The notes under the pieces are model-generated. The model made no database searches and had not been told where the DNA came from. It worked only from the letters and a program-made list of their open reading frames with translations. Positions 21,730-27,700 of a DNA stretch of 27,700 bases are shown here, in pieces (the first letter of the stretch is position 1; the number at the start of each line of letters is the position of its first letter). Source of the DNA: Selaginella moellendorffii (taxonomy: Eukaryota > Plantae > Lycopodiophyta); contig NW_003314351.1 of the NCBI RefSeq assembly GCF_000143415.4, positions 1 to 27,700 on the forward strand, given 5' to 3'. A program made the position numbers and the translations under genes.

Positions 21730-24201
21730 TGGTGAGAGCTTTCATGCACATCGGGAATTAGGCTCGAGGTGTGTTTGAGACAATGGTGACGAGGGACTTG
21801 GTTTCGTGGACAAAAATAGTGTCGGGCTATGCCTTGTAGAAGAGGCCGAGAGGATGTTTTCCCGGATGGCCCAGTAGAATCTCGTGTCTTGGAATGGGCT
21901 GATGGAAAACGGCAAGAGCGAAGCTGCTGTTTGATCGAATGCCACAGTTGCCTACATCAATCGCTGCCGCCTATGCCCAGCACGGGCATGTCGATGGCGA
22001 TCCACCACCAAATGCCCACAAGGGACTTGATATGCTTGTCGCAATGCTCGGCCAGGCCGGGAGAATGGAGGACGCCCTCAAGATCCAGCAGCAAATGCCG
22101 AGATGGAATGTTTTGCGATCCTCTCCGGCTATGCGGGAGATATCCACTCTCGTGGGCATTGCGGCGAGCACAGCTCGAGCCTCGATCACGCGGCCATTGC
22201 GAGCGTAAGCGTGAACCAAACTCGTCCAGCAGCAATTCACGATCTCTTCCGGGATGCTGTCAAACGATCGCATCTTGCGGCCTGGAACTTGATGATGGAA
22301 GCATATGCCCAAACTGAGCAAGCCATCCAACTCTTCCACGAGGCCACGCCCGACGGTGGAGTGAGGATCGATCTTGTGTCGTTCATCACCATCCTCTCGG
22401 CTTGCAGCCATTTGGGGAAGATCCAAATCGCCCGCGATCAATGGTCGCCTATGATCGCGAGAACCAAAACTTTGGGTTAGAGAGCAATGTCGGGGGCGAA
22501 TGACTGCTGCGATCGCAGGGCTAGTGGAGCGACATTTCCTGGCGGATCTCGTGAGGGCTGCTGGCCGTGGCAAGGATATTTTCTTCGCCAATCTCCTCAT
22601 CCAGTTGTATGGGCGCTGCGGCAGCGCTGCAGATGCGCCATCTCTCTTGATCGCCGAAATACTCCTGGGAACACCTTTAATGCCGCCGAGCTCTTCGATC
22701 GCATCCCGGCTCTTCGATCGAATGTGCCATCGCAAAGTGCCAGGGAGGGGAATATTGCGCGATCCAAGAGCCTCTTTGATCGAATGCCCCACTGGAATCT
22801 CGTGTTCTGCAAAGTGGTCGTGAGGTCCTATATCCGGAGCTCCAATCTCGACCAGGAAAAGAATATCTTCGATTCCATGGCGGATCATGACGTAGCATCT
22901 TGGAACTTGCTCATTACACTGTATGCCCAGTTCGGGCAACTTGAGCTTGCCAAGACACTTTTGACGGGATGGAGTTTCGTGATCTAACCCGCCGGGACTG
23001 CCCGGCGGTGATCGATCGTGTCCCAGAGCTCCAGGCCGTGATATGGAACTCAATGATCACAGTGCTCGCGCAGGGGCAAATCGGAGGCAGCAAACGAATC
23101 TACTGCTGTGCTACCCGCAGAATGATTCCTGGAAGAATTGGACAGGGCGTTCCATCGGCTCCGAGAGATCTTTGACTCCATGCCGGATAAGGACGTGGTG
23201 GCGTGGACGGCGATTGTGAAAGCTTAACTTACCAAGGCTTTGTCGCCCTCGCGAAGAAAATCTTCGTTCAAATCCTGGAAAAGAATCCAGTCTATGCTCC
23301 TCGCGTATGCCGAGAGTGGGCACTTTGGCGGGGTTCTTCCACGCAAGACCATCGTCTGCTGGACAGCTCTCCCGCAAGTTTTTGAGCGATCTCGGCGCCG
23401 CCAGGAGCATGATTGAGAGCATGAAGATGCGCAGCTTCGTTTCCTAGATGACCTTGGTGTGGGCTTATGCTCGAAACGGGGAAGTCTTCCATACGTTCCG
23501 GAACGTTCGAACTTCGTGCAGCCATGTCGGTCTCGTGGCCGAGGGCTGGGACCACTTCGTCTGCTTGGTGCCAAGGAGAGAGCGCTATTGCTGCATGAAG
23601 AACTCTGAGCACCGTCGTCAACTCGATGCCATTCCTTCCAGACATCGTGATCTGGATGTCGCTGCTGGGAGCTTGTCACCTGATCCACCGCGAAGCAGGT
23701 TGAGCTGAGCGAGTCGCGGCAAAGATCTTCGAGGCTACACGACTGCATACGTGGTTCTCTGGAACATGTACTCGTCGATCTGGAGGAGGGACAAGGTGTC
23801 GATGATCCGGAACCTGATGAAGTCGAGGCGAGTGAGAAAACTTCCGGGGATCAGCAACATCGAAGTTTGGCAGCGAAGTTCACAGTTTCGTGGTGGGGGA
23901 TCTTTCGCATCCTCACAGCGAAGATATCGTCGCGGATCTCCAGAGGCTGGCGAGAGAAATGCGGCACGCTGGCTACGTTCCCGACACGAAGGAGATCTTT
24001 CATGAGGAGCAAAAGGAGGAGCTGTTGCACTACCACGGCGAAAAGATGGCTGTGGCTTTTGGATTGATCTCGGCGCTGAGGAACTTGCGGGTGTGTGGGG
24101 ATTGCCACTCGGCTATCAAGTCTGTATCCAAGATGGTGGTATCTATAACCGTGAGAGATGCTAACCGGTTCCATCACATGCAGAAACAACAAAAAGAATG
24201 A
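21730..24201 (+). pseudogene. PLS-class PPR pseudogene tract ending in a truncated E/DYW domain (probably two tandem PPR genes)
   Basis: Frameshifted PPR motifs (WNLMMEAYAQ, DLVSFITILSACSHLG, DIFFANLLIQLYGRCGS, LFDRMPHWNLV, IFDSMADHDVASWNLLITLYAQFGQLELAK). PG box RKLPGISNIEV at ~23830. DYW segment FVVGDLSHP...GYVPDT...HGEKMAVAFGLIS..LRNLRVCGDCHSAIK...VRDANRFHH lacks the terminal CSC.DYW. Confidence 0.9.
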
Positions 24202-24669
24202 TCAGAAAAAAGGAGAAGCGAAAGCCTCACCTTTAGAGCTTCAGCTCCCTTCCTTCTGGTATAACAAAACTCAAAGGAATGGAAGTAAAAATGGCAGGAA
24301 CACTTCCTGTGCAGCTCAAGCTCCCGGCTCTTGAGCTGCTCCAAGACGTAGCTACTAGATCGAAAACGGCCAAGATCTCCACAAATAAAGCTAGATTGGA
24401 AAAAGGATATATACATCATTTCAGAGGCGATGTGTCCAGTCAGCTCAATCTGCGCGCGAGCTGCTTGCCGACCATTACAAAAAGTTCGCGCTTGGTTTTA
24501 TCTTTAAATATCACTAAAAGATTTGTGGTTGCTATTGCGTTTCTAGCTATATGGATTCGAGAACGAAAACAGCCTTCACTGTCTCCGAGATCTTTTCTGA
24601 AAAGCTATTTGTTCTAAGATGAAAGAAAACCAAACACTAGTATATTTAAATTATAGCCCTTTAAAGAGG

Positions 24670-24965
24670 ATGTTTCTCACCTAAATACCACTGTGGTTTC
24701 TATTCATTCGAACTGGGAAGTTTGGGCTAAATTATTCTGCGCAACTTCCTTGCTTCACTCCGTATCTATATACTTTGCTATCACTGGGCTATGTGGCTGG
24801 AGGTAAGCTAGATTTAGTTATGGATAATTGCTTAACAATTTGTTTCAGTTGTCTATGCTAGTTAGCTTTGCTATTGGAGGAGCTCACATATGTTTTACAT
24901 TCATTGCTTTACAAGTAGCACATGCTTATGCAGGGACATCATCAAATTATGAGGTGGTGGATAGG
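24670..24965 (+). pseudogene. OCT-like family copy D (inverted, highly deleted)
   Basis: MFLT*IPLWFLFI...GLNYSAQLPCFTPYLYTLLSLGYVAG, then intron 24803-24848 at the same position as in the intact copy, then MLVSFAIGGA...AHAYAGTSS. The intact copy reads VPLWWFFL...GPKYSA..QLVCFTHHIYTFLSVGYIIG / MLVSIFIGAA...AHSCAGTSA. Confidence 0.8.
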
Positions 24966-25289
24966 GATACAGGAATGCACTGAAGACGAATCTATACCAT
25001 ATGTTTCATATCAGGTATATTTACTTTTTACCCTTGATTCTATAGTTAATAATGAAAGAGTATATAATTCCATATTTGATATATAAAAATGTTCTGTAGT
25101 AATTTTTTAATTCAGCAGCTTTGGTTAAAAACCAAGTGTTAGTAACATATGTTGTATCCATAATCTCGCTCATTGATTCCTTAGACATTGCACTGAGGAT
25201 GAGTATTGGACCAGAGGATATGCCAAGCAGGGCATATGCTAAAAGGAATTTATTCATTGAAGCCTTTGTAAATTTCTAATTCCTAGCTG

Positions 25290-26640
25290 TAATCCCAGCA
25301 TTTGCCAAGATGAGGCAAATGGGTATAACTAAGGCTTTTTACGACACTGAGCCCGAGAAAGATCTCGTGCTGTCGGAGCTTTCGTGCAAATCGGGAATTT
25401 GGTGGAGGTTTGAGACGATGGCGACGAGGAACTTGGCTATGCCTTGTAGAAGAGGTCAAGAGGATGTTTTTCCGGATTCCGGACTCTCGTGTCCTGGAAT
25501 GGGCTGACAGAGCGTGCCGCAGAAACATCGTTGCCGCCGCCTATGTCCAGGGGGATCCACCAGCAAATGCCCGCAAGGGACTTGATATGCTCGTCGCGAT
25601 GCTCGGCCAGGCTGGGAGAATGGAGGACGCGCTCATGATCCAGCACAAAATGCCGAGATGGAACGTTTTCACCGGGAACGCGATCCTCTCGGGCTACGCC
25701 ATCCAATGTCGTTTGACAGCATCCCGGGCGAGATAGTGAATTGCCAGTGCTGGACGAGTTTGATGCACGCTTACGCTCGCAATGGCCGTGTGATCGAGGC
25801 TCGAGCTGTTCTTGCCGCAATGCGCACGAGAGATCTTGCTGCCTGGAACTTGATGATGGAAACATATGCCCAAAAAGCGCATTACAGGGAAGCCATCCAC
25901 GACCACGCTCGATGGCGGAGTGAGGATCGATCTCGTCTCGTTCATCACCGTCCTCTCGGCTTGCAAGATCCTAATCGCCCGCGATCAGTTCGTGTCTATG
26001 GTCGCCTATGATCGCTGACTATGGCATCGTTCCAATGGGATCACTACTCTCGCGAGATCGGAAGGCTTTGCGACGCCGAGAGTTTCCTCGAGACGATGTC
26101 TTTCGTGCCTGCCTGCCCTCTCCCATCGGCGGATTGGTGGAATACAAGAGATGGATCGCCGAAATCCCTCCAATGCCGCCGAGCTCTTCGATCATTCCGG
26201 CTCTTCGATCGAATGCCCCATCGCGACGCTTTGCCAGGGAGCAATCCAAGAGCCTCCTATGCCACAGTGGAATCTCGTGTCCTGCAACGAGGTGGTGCAA
26301 TCCTACATCCGGAGCTCCAATCTCGGCCAAGCGAAGAAGATCCATGCCGGATCACCGTGGTCTCTTGGAATTACACTGTATGCTCAGTCCGGGCATCTTG
26401 CGCTTGCCAAGAACACGTTTGATGGGATGGCGTTCCGCGATCTTGTCTCGTATATGTGGCAGCCTCCCGGATCCGCGACTGCCAGGCTATGTTCGATCGC
26501 GTCTCAGAGTGACACGGAACTCGATGATCACGGAGCTCGCGCACCAGGGAGAATGCCGGCCAAGGATCTCGTGTCATGGACGAATCTACTGCTGTGCTAC
26601 GCCCAGAATGGATTCCTGGAAGACTCAGACAGGGCTCGCC
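25290..26640 (+). pseudogene. PLS-class PPR pseudogene tract, paralogue of ~21750-23150
   Basis: Collinear with the first tract (GGCTATGCCTTGTAGAAGAGG; AAGGGACTTGATATGCT.GTCGC.ATGCTCGGCCAGGC; GGCTCTTCGATCGAATG; ATCCGGAGCTCCAATCTCG). PPR motifs WTSLMHAYARNGRVIEARAV and MPAKDLVSWTNLLLCYAQNGFLED; numerous frameshifts. Confidence 0.9.
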
Positions 26641-26816
26641 AACGCAGTGGGATTTGGCCACCTTATTTGTGTTTTAAACTACAATAATATCAGGCTCACT
26701 GGAAGAAGTGGCAAGGATTTTCCCCATGCCCCCTCGCACTCTGACAGTACTACAAATCCTTTACAAACTTTCGCATCAACCACATAATATTACACAAAAG
26801 AAGCCATATTTCTTTC

Positions 26817-27667
26817 TTAATCGGAAACATTTGCTACTCTCCCACTGCCTCTTTTTTTCATCAGAACCCGTGCTACCATTTCCCCCATTAACACCACAAC
26901 AACAATAGAGTCCATGACGCACACCATCCTGTTTCCCCACCTCCAGTTTGGATATAGACGTTTACAGACATAAATTATAGGTATGCAACATGGCTCACAT
27001 AAAGAAAGTATAGGATATCCACCAATCACCTCATATATGTGGTAATGATCTTGCCCTTGGCGGTCACCAAATCCATGATTTGGAAAAAGCCATCTTTTCG
27101 AGCCAAGAAAACGGGGTGTTTCTATGAACCATCTCATTATGGCTGATGTTCCTGCACAAGAATGTGCTATTGCAGACAAAACTTGCCAAACGATAAACCA
27201 GGAGCGATTTGAGACATATGTGCTTGCTAATGCACTCGCTGCTCCAATAAAAATACTAACCAGCATACAGCACCTGGAGTGAAAGAGAGTAACGATTCCA
27301 ATAATAGCTGTAAAAACATCTTAGAAATAATATTTTATGAGACTGTCTTACCTCCAATAATATAGCCCACTGATAAAAATGTATATATGTGGTGAGTGAA
27401 GCAAACAAGCTGCCAATATCGAATCGCAGAGTACTTTGGCCCAATTGTTACATAAGCCAAGTAATCCGACGTAAAACCCCAATGGTAGCCAACGTTTAGT
27501 GCATTGCAGTCTCTTCGACAATAGAGAACACCACTTGGGCAGTGCCACTTTGGAGGATAAAAAGTGATGTAAATGGTGAAAACATAGAAAGTAATGGCCC
27601 AAGTCATAATTATTGAAACAGGTAAGAAGAACCACCACAATGGAACGCTCTTACTAGTAATTTCCAT
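26817..27667 (-). CDS. Divergent, truncated organic cation/carnitine transporter-like (OCT/SLC22, MFS N-terminal part) membrane protein, 2 exons, 268 aa; apparently intact
   Basis: ATG at 27667, exon 1 27667-27352, 44-nt GT-AG intron 27351-27308, exon 2 27307-26817. Splicing joins the two track ORFs in frame (...SVGYIIG/AIIGIVTLFHSRCCMLVSIFIG...). The pattern TM1-PPKWHC..C..C-YSAIRYWQLVC-TM2 resembles plant OCT 'PEWRC...SSTVSEWGLIC...FFAGCMIG' from memory. Confidence 0.7.
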
Positions 27668-27700
27668 ACCCAACCTTTCAAGCCCTAATAGATCCTATGG

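Noticed and set aside
21971-23053. 360-aa minus-strand ORF containing a PPR motif
   Set aside because: Antisense of the PPR pseudogene; its single PPR motif comes from the local micro-inversion.
24174-24617. ORFs of 81 aa (minus) and 112 aa (plus)
   Set aside because: No recognisable family. A minus-strand exon-like block with an AAG|GTGAGG donor exists but cannot be tied to a gene.
25021-25257. 78-aa hydrophobic minus-strand ORF, possibly another transporter fragment
   Set aside because: Similarity to the OCT-like family is too weak to support by eye.
21730-26640. C-to-U RNA editing or programmed frameshifting rescuing the PPR pseudogenes
   Set aside because: The lesions are numerous multi-base deletions in nuclear sequence, which editing cannot repair.

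Overview
Eukaryotic plant nuclear DNA. Very short GT-AG introns (about 44-65 nt), tightly packed genes and GC-rich PLS-DYW PPR genes point to a lycophyte such as Selaginella; this is inference, not a database result. Bases 1-3.7 kb hold a conserved gene cluster: a WDR44-like WD40 gene (minus strand, running off the left edge), a divergent 9-exon METTL5 (18S rRNA m6A methyltransferase), and, only 136 bp downstream, a 4-exon universal stress protein gene. A deleted tRNA-Asp relic marks the transition into about 24 kb of duplicated and decaying sequence. That zone contains four copies of a divergent, truncated OCT/SLC22-like membrane-protein family (one apparently intact at 26.8-27.7 kb), an intron-retaining METTL5 pseudogene, and AT-rich tandem and inverted repeats. 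It also contains a degenerate Ty3/Gypsy element (LTR pair, 4-bp TSD) with a nested ~2-kb solo-LTR-like insert carrying a hierarchical minisatellite, a second LTR-element remnant with a Met PBS, and two paralogous PPR pseudogene tracts, one ending in a truncated DYW domain and carrying a ~125-bp micro-inversion. Most ORFs in the supplied track are antisense or repeat artefacts. I found no clearly novel multi-gene system; the best leads are the OCT-derived short protein family, a possible METTL5-USP co-transcript, and the pervasive small-deletion decay.
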